The notes below the pieces were generated by a model. The model worked only from the letters and a program-made list of their open reading frames with translations. It was not told the origin of the DNA and did not search any database. The position numbers and the translations under genes were made by a program. Of a stretch of 64,000 nt of DNA, positions 10,571 through 20,598 are shown piece by piece. Within the stretch, counting starts at the first letter, position 1. Each line of letters begins with the position of its first letter. Source of the stretch: an uncultured delta proteobacterium (GTDB lineage Bacteria > Desulfobacterota > Binatia > UBA9968); assembly GCA_963804165.1 (NCBI GenBank), contig CAWDPO010000035.1, forward strand, positions 190,120 through 254,119, written 5' to 3'.

Positions 10571-11747
10571 TTAGTCCAGCACGTGGAGCGCGAGTCCTTT
10601 CAGGTACTCGCCTTCGGGATGATGCAGACTTACGGGATGATCGATGGGCTGGCTCAAGCGCTTGATGATGGCCACTTTTCGCCGAGCGTCGACCGCGGCG
10701 CCGAAAATGACTTTTTGGAACAGGTCGATCGAAAGGTGCTGGGAGCAAGAGAACGTTAAAAGTAGTCCGCCTGGACTGAGGTGCTTAAGCGCGTGCAGAT
10801 TGAGAAACTTGTATCCGCCGGTAGCGGCATCGATATCGCTCCGTCTATGCGCCAACGACGGCGGGTCCAATACAATCAGATCGAACTTGCGGTCGACTTC
10901 TTTCAGATAGGCAAAGGCATCGCCCTTTAATAACTCACCGGGCGCCGCCGCGAAGCCGTTTAATGCGAGGTTCTGTTCGGCCAGCTCCAGTGCAGGTTTG
11001 CGAAGAATCGAAGGTGACAACCTCCGTGGCTCCACCAGCGTGAGCATAGACTGAGAACGCGCCGCTGTACGAGAAACAATTCAAAACGCTTCGATTGCTT
11101 GCAGTCGTCGATAGGAACGCGCGATTGTCGCGCTGGTCCAGGTAAAAGCCGGTCTTTTGACCGCGTCTAATGTCGACCAAAAACTTGAAACCATTTTCCG
11201 TGATGGTAATTTGCTCGGGCGGCGCCTCGCCGGATAAAACTCCGACGGCTGGTTCTAATCCTTCCTCGTCGCCCACACGCCCTTCGCTGCGCTCAAAGAT
11301 GCCCTTGACGAAGCGAATGGTGCCGAGCGCACTTACGATTGCATCTTTAAATAGGGCCATTCCCGCGCTGAAAAACTGGCAACCCAAAAAGTTTGCATAG
11401 CGGTCGACGATCAGCCCCGGCAGGAGATCGCCTTCACCGTTGATGACTCGATAGGCGTCTGTGGAATCGTCCAGATTCCGTTGTCGAAAAGTATTTGCTT
11501 CCGATATACGGCGCGCGAAAAAATCGCCGTCGATGGCTTCCTCGTGCCACGTGAGAACGCGCACGCGGATCTGTGACTTGGGATTGTACAGACCGCGGGC
11601 GAGCCAGTTCTTCTTGCAGTCGAAAACATCGGCGATGCCAACCGAATCGAGATCACCTTCGACTCGTTCGATGGCGCCGGAAAATATCCAGGGATGACCG
11701 TTGAGGACAGGGCGCTCGCGGCCGGCTTTGAGGTAGATCGTCAGCAT
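10571..11747 (-). CDS. rlmI: RlmI-type class I SAM rRNA methyltransferase (one frameshift near 11005)
   Basis: GHPWIF PUA domain, GQKTGFYLDQRDNR, LNCFSYSG; continues in a second frame with DLIVLDPP, TFSCS, EGEYLKGL. Confidence 0.88.
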
Positions 11748-11768
11748 GAGATTGGATTGTACCAAAAA

Positions 11769-11795
11769 GTAGGGGTGCAGCATGCTGCGCCCTAC
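11769..11795. repeat. GTAG-type REP-like palindrome
   Basis: GTAGGGGTGCAGCATGCTGCGCCCTAC hairpin between moaC and rlmI. Confidence 0.7.
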
Positions 11796-11827
11796 GATTC
11801 ACGCACCTGGCCGCTGATGTGGGCTTC

Positions 11828-12307
11828 CTATTCCTTGCGAATGAACGTGCCGCTCTTGCCACCGCTCTTTTTCACCAGGCGGATCTCACCGATGGTCATC
11901 TCGCGATCGACGGCTTTGCACATATCGTAAATCGTCAGGCCCGCCACCGCCACCGCTGTCATCGCTTCCATCTCGACGCCGGTTTTGCCGCTCACGTGCA
12001 CTGTGGCTTCGATATCCACGCGCGCGGGGTCGCGCGCGGCAGTGAGATCGATCTCCACAGACGTGATGTTTAGGGGGTGGCACATGGGGATCAATTCAGA
12101 AGTCTTTTTCGCCGCCATGATGCCGGCGACGCGGGCGACCGAAAACACGTCGCCCTTTTCGATTTTGTCTTCGAGGATCAGCGCTAGAGTTTCCGCGCGC
12201 ATGTGAATGGCGCCGCGGGCGACGGCGGTTCGGCTAGTGGTTTCTTTCGCACTCACGTCGACCATGCGCGCGCGCCCCTGCTCATCCAGATGACTCAGTT
12301 CTGCCAT
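11828..12307 (-). CDS. moaC: Cyclic pyranopterin monophosphate synthase MoaC
   Basis: MVDVSAK, KGDV, LIPMCHP, TGVEMEA, IYDMCKA, KSGGKSG. Confidence 0.97.
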   Translation of the reverse strand: MAELSHLDEQGRARMVDVSAKETTSRTAVARGAIHMRAETLALILEDKIEKGDVFSVARVAGIMAAKKTSELIPMCHPLNITSVEIDLTAARDPARVDIEATVHVSGKTGVEMEAMTAVAVAGLTIYDMCKAVDREMTIGEIRLVKKSGGKSGTFIRKE

Positions 12308-12431
12308 ACATACCCACTTTCAAAATTGATCGACGAACTTGTCGCCAAATTGATCCGTCAACGGCAGCGCTCGGTCGTTGTGACGGACTACCTTTCTTTC
12401 TGCGTCGACGTTTTTATGTTACAGAAACCTC

Positions 12432-13373
12432 ATGGATAAGAAAAGCCACTATCGTGTCATTATTTTAGGATCCGGCGCCGCGGGGCTTACGGCGGCGATT
12501 TACGCCGCTCGGGCCAATCTTCAGCCGCTCGTCATCGAAGGATCACAACCGGGTGGGCAATTAACGATCACAACCGACGTCGAAAACTATCCGGGGTTTC
12601 CCCAGGGCATTATGGGTCCCGAAATGATGGAGGAGTTCAAAAAGCAAGCCGTCCGCTTCGGCACGGAGACTTTATTCGGCGAAGTCACCTCGGTAAATTT
12701 AAAAAAGCGGCCGTTCGAGATCGCGGTGGGCAAGGAAAGTTATAGTTGCGATGCGCTGATCGTCGCCACCGGCGCGACCGCGAAACTGCTGGGTCTTGAA
12801 TCGGAAATGAAGCTCATGGGGCACGGCGTTTCGGCTTGTGCGACGTGCGACGGATTTTTCTTCAAAGACAAAGAATTGGTCGTGGTCGGCGGCGGCGATA
12901 CCGCGATGGAGGAAGCGACGTTTCTCACAAAATTTGCCTCGAAGGTATCGGTTGCGCACCGCCGCGACCAACTGCGCGCGTCGAAAATCATGCAGGATCG
13001 CGCGGAGAAAAATCCCAAGATCTCGTTTGTCTGGGATACTGTAGTCGAGGAAGTCTACGGCGACCCGAAAGCCGGAGGAGTCACCGGAGTCAGATTCAAG
13101 AACGTAAAAACCGGCATGACCGAAGACTTCAAAACGGACGGACTATTTATCGCCATCGGCCACGAACCGAACAGCAAGCTCTTCGTCGGTCAATTAGATT
13201 TAAATCCCAGCGGCTACATACTCACTCACGACGGTACCAAAACCAACATCTCCGGCGTTTTCGCCTGCGGCGACGTGCAAGACCACATTTATCGCCAAGC
13301 GGTTACCGCCGCGGGCACCGGCTGTATGGCGGCGATCGATGCGGAGAGGTTTTTAGAAAGCCAGGAAGGGTGA
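12432..13373 (+). CDS. trxB: Thioredoxin-disulfide reductase
   Basis: GSGAAG, ENYPGF, CATCDG, GGGDTAMEEA, GDVQD, QAVTAAGTG. Confidence 0.97.
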   Translation: MDKKSHYRVIILGSGAAGLTAAIYAARANLQPLVIEGSQPGGQLTITTDVENYPGFPQGIMGPEMMEEFKKQAVRFGTETLFGEVTSVNLKKRPFEIAVGKESYSCDALIVATGATAKLLGLESEMKLMGHGVSACATCDGFFFKDKELVVVGGGDTAMEEATFLTKFASKVSVAHRRDQLRASKIMQDRAEKNPKISFVWDTVVEEVYGDPKAGGVTGVRFKNVKTGMTEDFKTDGLFIAIGHEPNSKLFVGQLDLNPSGYILTHDGTKTNISGVFACGDVQDHIYRQAVTAAGTGCMAAIDAERFLESQEG

Positions 13374-13399
13374 GATCCATCGGCGGGATGACGCTGGCC

Positions 13400-13446
13400 C
13401 TGATCCGCAGCCGTCTCGGCAGCCGGGTCCAGCGCCTCGTTAGGCG
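13400..13446 (+). other. Possible right half of an attC site
   Basis: ...ccgggtccagcgcctcGTTAGGC matches the GTTRRRY R' end; no RYYYAAC left box seen. Confidence 0.3.
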
Positions 13447-13479
13447 CCATAGCGCGCCAGATTGACCGGCCATCGCGTC

Positions 13480-14193
13480 TCCCAATATGCAGTTTAGTAA
13501 GAAAGGGCCCATTTCGACTTCGCTACCTTCGCGGGCACTGATCACTTCACGGCAGGCCTGGGTAGCCACAGCGTGCAAATCACCGTGAACCATTCGGTTG
13601 ATCACAACCTCGAGTCGGATTTCAGAAGGGATGCCTGTGGCTCGCATCGCGGCATCGAACGCGTCGGCAATCCGCGTTAGACGGGAGGCCCAATCCTGAT
13701 TGTGAAGATGCAACCGCTTGCACTCGCAGACGACGCGACCGATCGGCGTCTGTAGTTCAAAATCTGGCCGCTTCCGTCGGCCGAGTACTGTGTAGCTTGG
13801 CTCGAATCGCAACCTTTTCACTGTCGGTCGTTGGACACACCAGCGTGCCATTCGAACCTCGAACAGCGCGTCGTCAAACTGTGTTGGATTTTCGAAGCCT
13901 CGAAGTAGGGCAGCAAAGTTGTCACAGCGAGACAGTATCTGCAGTGCCGAACCTAGTTCGACAGCTTCTGGGACAGCGAGCCATCGTTGGTTCTTATAAC
14001 CCGCAGGAAGGGCAAAGCCGCCGTAACGCCAGACCATCCAATCTCTTGGCTGGAGATGTTTCACAAGAGAGGCCAAGCCGTCGACGATTTCAGCAGACGC
14101 GAGTTTGTCCTCCCTGTTGGAGATGATGTGTCGCTCAGCCAGCCTCTCCCGGCCGACAGGCGTTCGAATATCAAACTCGCTCTGTGACTGCAT
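13480..14193 (-). pseudogene. Hypothetical protein with PD-(D/E)xK-like motif, probably 3'-truncated
   Basis: LFEVRMA...RPDFELQ...VCECKRL; the frame runs on into antisense trxB without a plausible end. Confidence 0.5.
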
Positions 14194-14235
14194 CAAGCCT
14201 CGCGAGGGAGCCGCAACCTTTTTTCTTCCACACCC

Positions 14236-14271
14236 GCTCAAACCGTTTACGATCAACCGGCGCTGTTAAGC
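14236..14271 (-). other. Collapsed attC-like site
   Basis: Stop codon lies within GCTTAAC (R''-like); ends GTT(T)GAGC (R'-like); only ~36 nt long. Confidence 0.35.
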
Positions 14272-14937
14272 GATCGTTCTGACGCAAGTTGTTAACGATT
14301 CATATGTCTTAAGGAATTGTCCATATGCCATGAGAGCATTATCTAAACGCTTGTTTGCCTGGACGACCATGTTTACATCATGCTCATCTATGTGCAGGTC
14401 TTCCCGAAGGCTTTTCGCCATTGTGTGAAATTGGTCGGCATAAGCGCGAAACGATTCGATGGTGTTCGGAGCGGGTGAATTGAACAGAAGAGAGCGTGCT
14501 CGAAAAACATGCTGGTCAGCAATTGGCCACCGCCATGGCTGGGCCATATGGAATAAGAAAAGTTGCCAAATGATCCCATTAGGAAACACTTCCTGTGTGA
14601 CTTCGGCAAACTCACTCTCGGAGAGCCTACTGCCTCGGAACTGATTGATCCGCTCCAGCCTTTCGAGCACTCTCTGAACTCGTCGGTTGGGTGCAGCGCT
14701 TCCCTTCGACTCCTGTTTCGGATGGGTCAGCATCCGAGGATCTTTCCAACGAAGTAAGCGAGTGACGTTTTGCTCCGAGAGGTTATGACTCAGGTTCAGT
14801 TCCTGAAAATAGTCGATCAGTTCCGGGGAATTAGATAGACGAACGTTACCTCGGTAGAAACGCTCCCAGCACTCTACGAACTGTTTGATCCGTTTCGTGT
14901 CTACGCCACGAAACGCCTGGCAATCTAAGACGTACAT
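14266..14937 (-). CDS. Hypothetical protein, HhH-GPD DNA-glycosylase-like motifs
   Basis: Intact 223-aa ORF; LLRWK, GIIWQLFLFH..P..WPIADQHVFRA, LDNALMAYG; fold assignment inferred. Confidence 0.6.
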   Translation of the reverse strand: MYVLDCQAFRGVDTKRIKQFVECWERFYRGNVRLSNSPELIDYFQELNLSHNLSEQNVTRLLRWKDPRMLTHPKQESKGSAAPNRRVQRVLERLERINQFRGSRLSESEFAEVTQEVFPNGIIWQLFLFHMAQPWRWPIADQHVFRARSLLFNSPAPNTIESFRAYADQFHTMAKSLREDLHIDEHDVNMVVQANKRLDNALMAYGQFLKTYESLTTCVRTIA

Positions 14938-14944
14938 AGTGGTA

Positions 14945-15028
14945 CCGCTAAGCGTGTAGTCTGAGCGGCGTCTTCACGAACGCTACGACGAACAGGTGCA
15001 ATCTCTCGCTGTCCTCGTGGTGTTAGAC
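14945..15028 (-). other. Degenerate attC-like site
   Basis: Minus strand GTCTAAC overlapping the upstream stop ... gccgctcag-actacac-G(C)TTAGCGG; ~84 nt; weak internal pairing. Confidence 0.4.
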
Positions 15029-15301
15029 TGTGACCTTTCTCGGGGCAATGATTGCTCGTGCAACCGTCCTCGGAGAGGACCCCGCTACTACTTCTGTGAT
15101 TGCAATTAACACCTGATTATCCACTGCCTTCACTTCAGTGACTAATCGAGGCTGCTTCCCCAAAAAGCAGTTGAGCAGTAGTTCCGCGTCCAATACATGC
15201 TCGGTAGATTCGCGCTTGAACGTGATGAAACCCTCATAAAGACCTATCTCAGACGGCCTCTTCGCTTCTGGCTGCTTTTCGATCGGTGACAGGGGCTGCA
15301 G
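15023..15301 (-). pseudogene. 5'-truncated hypothetical gene (cassette-like)
   Basis: Manually read stop-free frame LQPLSPIEKQ...IIAPRKVTV* that begins directly at the RAYT end and has no start codon there. Confidence 0.5.
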
Positions 15302-15705
15302 GGTCAGTCCTTTACTTTATAGCGCTTTAGGACTGCGTCCATCTTCCTGCTGGTCTTCCCGTCCTCAATTTTCGTCTGGATCTGTGAAATCCGCGCAGGG
15401 GATACTCCCACGCGTCGAGCCACATCTCCCAACGGAAGATTTGCTACCCGGCGCATCAAATAGGCTGCTGACCAATACGCCTCCACGTGATTCCTGTCGA
15501 GTACTTCAGATGCCGATATACCATAAGCGGAACCAACCATGTTAATGATGCCACGTAGACTCGGAGTCAGTGGTTTTCTTTGGGCTTTGGTGATCCCTCG
15601 CGCGGCCCTTCGATCGACCATATTTTGCATGCGGCGGAGAAATTCTTCCTCTCCCAAATAGATTTGTCCGTTCAAATACTCCCATATCGACTGACCCTGT
15701 TCCTT
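15301..15705 (-). mobile_element. 3' remnant of REP-associated tyrosine transposase (RAYT, IS200-like with C-terminal HTH)
   Basis: SIWEYLNGQIYLGEEEF, LGDVARRVGVSPARISQI HTH, ends ...GAC TGA CCC; HUH domain absent. Confidence 0.65.
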
Positions 15706-15906
15706 GCTCGTGTGATAAGAAACGATTTTGCTTCGGCGTTATTCATCGATCAGAGCGCGATTATGCCGGACAACGAGGTAAGAGGCCCACGGAGAAAATT
15801 CCCCCTTTGAGAAAGGTAATAATATGTTTGACTGACCTTGACTGAGGGGCGACCCCTGATGTTACAAGAATCTTTCGGGCCATTCGACGGTTCGGGGGAT
15901 CTGATT

Positions 15907-17602
15907 ATGAGCGACGATAATCGTGTGATTTTGGATGAGATTATTAAACAGGAACACGCGAAAAATAACCCCAAGCTCGATGATAGTAAATATTTCGAGC
16001 TTTTTGCTTCCGATCAGGTTCTTAAGAGTCGGGCTTTCGATGTGGACCATGACCAACTCCGATCTGGAAATTTTGGAAGTGGTGATGATGGCGGGGTCGA
16101 TTCGATTTATCTTTTTGTTAATCGGAAACTAATTAGAGAAGATACTGACCTTAGTGCGTTTAAAGATCAGCAGCTAGACATTGAACTAGTTATTATCCAG
16201 GCAACGCAGAGCCCATCATTTACGGAAGCTAGGATGATGAAGCTTTTGGATTTCACGGAAAATTGCCTGCGTTTGAATTCGGATTTATCAAAGCTTCCGA
16301 AGAAACTCTACAACCAACAACTTCTCGATAACGTAGCGCGATTCCATGCTGTTTATAAAGGTGCGCTGTTAAATCGCCCCTCTTTAAATATCGCCTATTA
16401 CTACGTCAGTCTCGGCGAGGAAATACACCCAAAAGTAACAGCACGACACGAAACGCTGATGGGTCGTCTTGGTGAGTTTTATTCGATCGCAAAGTTGAGC
16501 TTTGAGTTTGTCGGCGCAAAGCCGCTTTTGAGTCTATATTACAAACAACCAACCAAGACTTATACGCTTGAAGCCGTCAAAAATTTTAATTGGTCGGTTT
16601 ATGGTAAGGGTTACGTTTGCCTAGTAACGCTTTCCAAATTCTACGGTTTCATTAGTAACAACGGCGGCTCATTGCTTACACACATTTTTGAAGCAAATGT
16701 GCGCGATTATCAGGGAGACGTTCGCGTCAATAAAGAGATCGGAGCAACGCTTGCCACTTCCGGGTCAGATGATTTTTGGTGGCTCAATAACGGCATCACC
16801 ATTCTAGCCTCGGAAGTCAGGGCCGATGACAATATTGTCGTCATAACCGATCCAATGATAATCAACGGACTTCAAACGTCTTATAAGATTCATGAACACT
16901 TTCAAAAGGCTGGGGGAGAAGATAAGCGAACAATTTTGGTCCGCATTATAGAAAACACAGACACTCAAAGCGTGGACCGCATTATTAAGGCGACAAATAG
17001 CCAAACGAGTATTCCGGCAGCATGTTTACATCCAACTGAAGAGATTCATCGAAAAATAGAATCGGTGTTTTCGCATCTGGGTTTAATATGACCGGAGAAA
17101 AAACGACTATAGAAACCGAGGAATCTCGGCGAGCAAAATTGTCACGATTCCATATTTGTCGCAGGCTTTGGTCGCTATAGTCCTGCAACGGCCTGATGAC
17201 GCTCGTGCGAGACCAACTACGGTTGCGGAAAAAGTTTATGATCAATTATTTAGTGAAACTTTTCCGGTAGAGGCGTACTCGAAATGCGCTCTGATTTTAA
17301 AGCGAGTGGATGAATTTCTCGACGGTCTTTCTATGGATCGCGGGGATAGGCTGAATATACTGTTCTACATAGCTATGTACGCCACTAGTGCAGCCCTAAA
17401 ATCACCTCGCCCCAAGACGGAAAGCATAGCGGCAATGAACGTTGCGGCGATCACCGAAGACCTATTGAAGGATTGTTACAGTAAGGTAATGGCGGAATAT
17501 TTAAAGCTCGGGGGTGATGATAAGACTGCAAAGGGGCCAGCACTAGTAGATGCTCTGAAAAGCGATCTTCGAGACCGATTTGGACGCCGGCCGAAATCGT
17601 AA
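15907..17602 (+). CDS. AIPR (abortive infection phage resistance) family protein, frameshift near 17090
   Basis: GDDGGVDSIY, IFEANVRDYQG, FWWLNNGITI, IINGLQTS, ATNSQT; second frame YDRRKN...QRPDDARARP; AT-richer than flanks. Confidence 0.88.
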
Positions 17603-17723
17603 TCACTTGTAGTGCCGGGGGCGCCTTTTTCTTGACTCTTTGACGCTTCTGTTTATCCATTTGTTCTTTTGCTAAAGGGAAGAATGCCAGAGCCGCTATT
17701 TAGTGAACCTCGGAGACACCACA

Positions 17724-18065
17724 CTACGACCGAAACATGAAATAGACCGCGCCGAGCAGGCACAGGCCGGCCCATAAATAATCCAGCTTCATCGGTTCGC
17801 GCAGATACAGCACCGCAAAGGGTGCGAATACCGACAGGGTGATCACCTCCTGGGTGATCTTCAATTGCGCCACGCTGAACTGAGTATAGCCGATGCGGTT
17901 TGCCGGCACCTGGAGCAGATACTCGAACAGGGCGATGCCCCAGCTCGCGAGCGCCGCGATGTCCCATTTCCGATCATTGAGATTTTTTAAGTGCGCGTAC
18001 CAGGCAAACGTCATGAATACATTTGACCCGACGAGCAACAAGGTCGTTCGAACGACGACGGACAT
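17724..18065 (-). CDS. DMT family small membrane protein (DUF486)
   Basis: SNVFMTFAWYAHLK, SWGIALFEYLLQVPANRIG, QLKITQEVITL. Confidence 0.9.
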   Translation of the reverse strand: MSVVVRTTLLLVGSNVFMTFAWYAHLKNLNDRKWDIAALASWGIALFEYLLQVPANRIGYTQFSVAQLKITQEVITLSVFAPFAVLYLREPMKLDYLWAGLCLLGAVYFMFRS

Positions 18066-18093
18066 ATTTACTTCTTCCTCCAGCCCATTGGCA

Positions 18094-18657
18094 TTATTGA
18101 ACGCGGCAGCTCGCCCAAAGACCGACTGCTTGGCCGCGAGCGATGCGTTCCAGTTGGCGAAATTCTACAACGTGGCGAAACGGGAATCGAGTATACGCAT
18201 GGGCATATCCCCGGCGGATGAGCTCGGCGTTAAGCATCGTGCCGTCGTCAAAATAAACGTAGGCTAAGGTGCGGCCGTAGCGATCTTTGTGATTGCGTAC
18301 TCGGTTAGTTTCGTCGAGAACCAAGCGAATGGCTCGGTGTTCCACCATGCTTCGGGTGAACTCTTTGGCGTCCTTGCCGAAACACTGAACAGCTTTATTC
18401 GGATGAACGGTTTCCGGCGTATCGACGCCGATGAGTCGCACCCTTTCGTTCGGACTAACCACGATTGTGTCGCCGTCGATCACGCGGATGACCAGGCGGC
18501 TTTCGGGAGTTTCGTTGCGAGATTCTCTGGATGGCTCGGAAATGCCAGCAAGCGCCTCCTGACGAGATTTCAAACCGGCTTCGAGCGCCGTGGTGGTGAG
18601 CACGCCGAGCAGAAATAGGGTTTTGACGCGCACGATCATCGACTGGAGCAAGAGCAA
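18094..18657 (-). CDS. Thermonuclease (SNase-like), secreted
   Basis: VIDGDTI, RLIGVDTPE, DRYGRTLAYV, NAELIRRGYA, GLW. Confidence 0.93.
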   Translation of the reverse strand: MLLLQSMIVRVKTLFLLGVLTTTALEAGLKSRQEALAGISEPSRESRNETPESRLVIRVIDGDTIVVSPNERVRLIGVDTPETVHPNKAVQCFGKDAKEFTRSMVEHRAIRLVLDETNRVRNHKDRYGRTLAYVYFDDGTMLNAELIRRGYAHAYTRFPFRHVVEFRQLERIARGQAVGLWASCRVQ

Positions 18658-18756
18658 TGCCCCGGCGAATGATCATCTTGCGGCTACCGGGTGCGGGAGC
18701 AATTTGCTCGTCGACGGGAGTTCCGGATGCTCATGTAGTGGAGGTACTGAAAAATG

Positions 18757-18846
18757 CCGTTCATCCTTCGATAAGGCTCAGGACGAACGGAGGGTGGATT
18801 AAATCACTGGAGAATTTGCGTGCGTGCCGAGAACCTCGAAGAACGC
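18757..18846. repeat. REP/MITE-like palindrome (CCGTTC.TCCTTCG...CTCAGGACGAACGG family)
   Basis: Hairpin at 18757-18790 plus a degenerate second unit; related element in the opposite orientation near 47290. Confidence 0.6.
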
Positions 18847-18900
18847 CTTCATTTGAGCGACTTGCGAAGCTCAACTCTAGTTGAAATAACGGGCGAGCGA

Positions 18901-19281
18901 TTACGGTTCGAGTTTTTGGAGTTCTGCGAGAAGGTACTCGCGACTTTTTATTTCACGACCGTCTTTGAATCGGATGAGATAGGGCTTGCCGGATGTGCCC
19001 GACGCGCTCGCGACTTTGTCGATAAAATCACGGGCGGTTTTTACCTCGGCAGCGTTGGCGTCCCATTTTCCGCGCAGGAGGCGAACGGCACTCGAGACTT
19101 CGTAAGTGGAACCGTTGCGGATAAATTTGGCGTCTTTGAGGTCGCCCACCTGTCTAATGAGCGATTCGATTTTCTGTCGCTCCGCTGCCGGGGCGTTTTG
19201 ACCGGCGGCGATAGTCGGTAGCAGCATCCCGAAAAACAGCGCCCAGGACAAAACCAATCGGAGGGATTCCTGTCTTCTCAT
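18901..19281 (-). CDS. DUF5329 family exported protein
   Basis: Signal peptide; FIRNGSTY, FIDKVASASGTSGKPYLIRF. Confidence 0.82.
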   Translation of the reverse strand: MRRQESLRLVLSWALFFGMLLPTIAAGQNAPAAERQKIESLIRQVGDLKDAKFIRNGSTYEVSSAVRLLRGKWDANAAEVKTARDFIDKVASASGTSGKPYLIRFKDGREIKSREYLLAELQKLEP

Positions 19282-19390
19282 CCATTAGAACTCTTACCTT
19301 TTAGACGCCGGTGAAACAAGAATCTTACGCCGTGGTGGCGGTCCCGTCTGCTTTAATGCCCGAAAAATGTAGTGCCCCTCTGGGTGCCCT

Positions 19391-19422
19391 CCTACGGGCG
19401 ACCCTCTGCGGTCGCCCGTAGG
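19391..19422. repeat. GTAG-type REP-like palindrome
   Basis: CCTACGGGCGACC-ctctgc-GGTCGCCCGTAGG, perfect 13-bp stem. Confidence 0.7.
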
Positions 19423-19449
19423 AATCACCAGAATGACTCTGGCGTTGAT

Positions 19450-20523
19450 CTAATGCGGCGGCAGAGGACCAGCGCCAACCAATTTCTTGAAAATCTCAGC
19501 AATCTCGGGGTCGCGGGGAATTTCTCTGATCACCTTTTCGTGTGCTTCCGGCATGAGGGGAGTGGCATCGTCGGCAGTCAGTTTTTTGTATTCTTTGTGA
19601 AACTCGGGATCCTTGTAAACCTTGTGAAATGCTTCGCGGAGAATTTGTGCGCGCTCTTTGGGCGTCGCCGGAGGGAGCACAAATGGCTGGCCGGTAACCC
19701 TGAATGCGCGCTGCATCGTCATTATCTTGCGATCCTTTTCGGTTTTTGCGAACGTCTCCAGCTCGGGCAGATTGGCAAAGCCCGGATGTTTGTCCCCCTT
19801 GGGAACTTCAATGATCGAGTGAAAGTCTACGAGGTTTTTTTCGAGCCACTCCGGGTTTCGTCGGAAGACGGTATCCGCACTGGTCGCCCTGGCGTCGATC
19901 TCGCCACGCATCAGCGCTGGGTCGAGTTCGGCTCCACCGTAGCCGGTTACGAAGTTTGGTTCCTTAAGACCGAGTATGTACGCGAAGAGACGCCCCTCGT
20001 TGTAAGTAGAAAAACCGACAGACTGCCCGCCGATCCTAATCCCCGCAGCGGCTCGAAGTTTCTCGATGCTGCTCAATCCGGCGTCTTTCCTGGTGACGAA
20101 AATGGATTGGTGGCTGCTGAAGGGAGACCCCAGGTAAATGAACTTATCGAGATCGTACAAGACGCCTTTCTCGCCAAGCACGGCGACCGCAACCATACCG
20201 GAACCGAGGTTGCCGATGGTTAGACCATCGGGCTGCGCCGTTTTGAAAATGTGATTTGCGGCTTTTCGGCTGCCCCCGCCGGGCATGTACTCGCTCAAAA
20301 TATTCGGATTGCCCGGAATATATTTTTGTAAGAAGGGAACCACAGCTTTGACTCGTATATCACCCGTGCCGCCGGGATCGCGGCCTTGAACGATGGTGAT
20401 AGTCTTGCCTTGATAAAAGGGAGTTTGTGCTAGGGACAACCCCGGGGCAACGAAACAAAAGACCAGCAACGCAGCGATCGTGACCTGGAGTGAAATATTG
20501 ATAAAGCTATTTCTTGTTTTCAT
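19450..20523 (-). CDS. TctC/Bug family substrate-binding protein
   Basis: FYQGKTI, EYMPGGGSRKAAN, PDGLTI, GAGPLPP. Confidence 0.92.
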   Translation of the reverse strand: MKTRNSFINISLQVTIAALLVFCFVAPGLSLAQTPFYQGKTITIVQGRDPGGTGDIRVKAVVPFLQKYIPGNPNILSEYMPGGGSRKAANHIFKTAQPDGLTIGNLGSGMVAVAVLGEKGVLYDLDKFIYLGSPFSSHQSIFVTRKDAGLSSIEKLRAAAGIRIGGQSVGFSTYNEGRLFAYILGLKEPNFVTGYGGAELDPALMRGEIDARATSADTVFRRNPEWLEKNLVDFHSIIEVPKGDKHPGFANLPELETFAKTEKDRKIMTMQRAFRVTGQPFVLPPATPKERAQILREAFHKVYKDPEFHKEYKKLTADDATPLMPEAHEKVIREIPRDPEIAEIFKKLVGAGPLPPH

Positions 20524-20546
20524 TGAAGTCCTCCTTCCCGAGAGAT

Positions 20547-20585
20547 TGAACCTTGAACGTGGAACCTTGAACTCCGCGTTGAACT
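20547..20585. repeat. Periodic TTGAAC heptamer repeats (intergenic)
   Basis: ttgaacc ttgaacg tggaacc ttgaac...ttgaac. Confidence 0.6.
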
Positions 20586-20598
20586 TAAAGCCTAAGCG

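Noticed and set aside
12308-12431. Moco riboswitch upstream of moaC
   Set aside because: Short divergent promoter region with no recognisable conserved structure.
13303-13480. C-terminal extension of ORF 13303-14256 overlapping trxB
   Set aside because: Read-through across an attC-like half-site into antisense trxB; not protein-like.
19372-20223. Long plus-strand ORFs opposite real genes (also 20920-21621, 33797-34486, 8731-9339)
   Set aside because: Antisense shadows of real genes in GC-rich DNA; no motifs.
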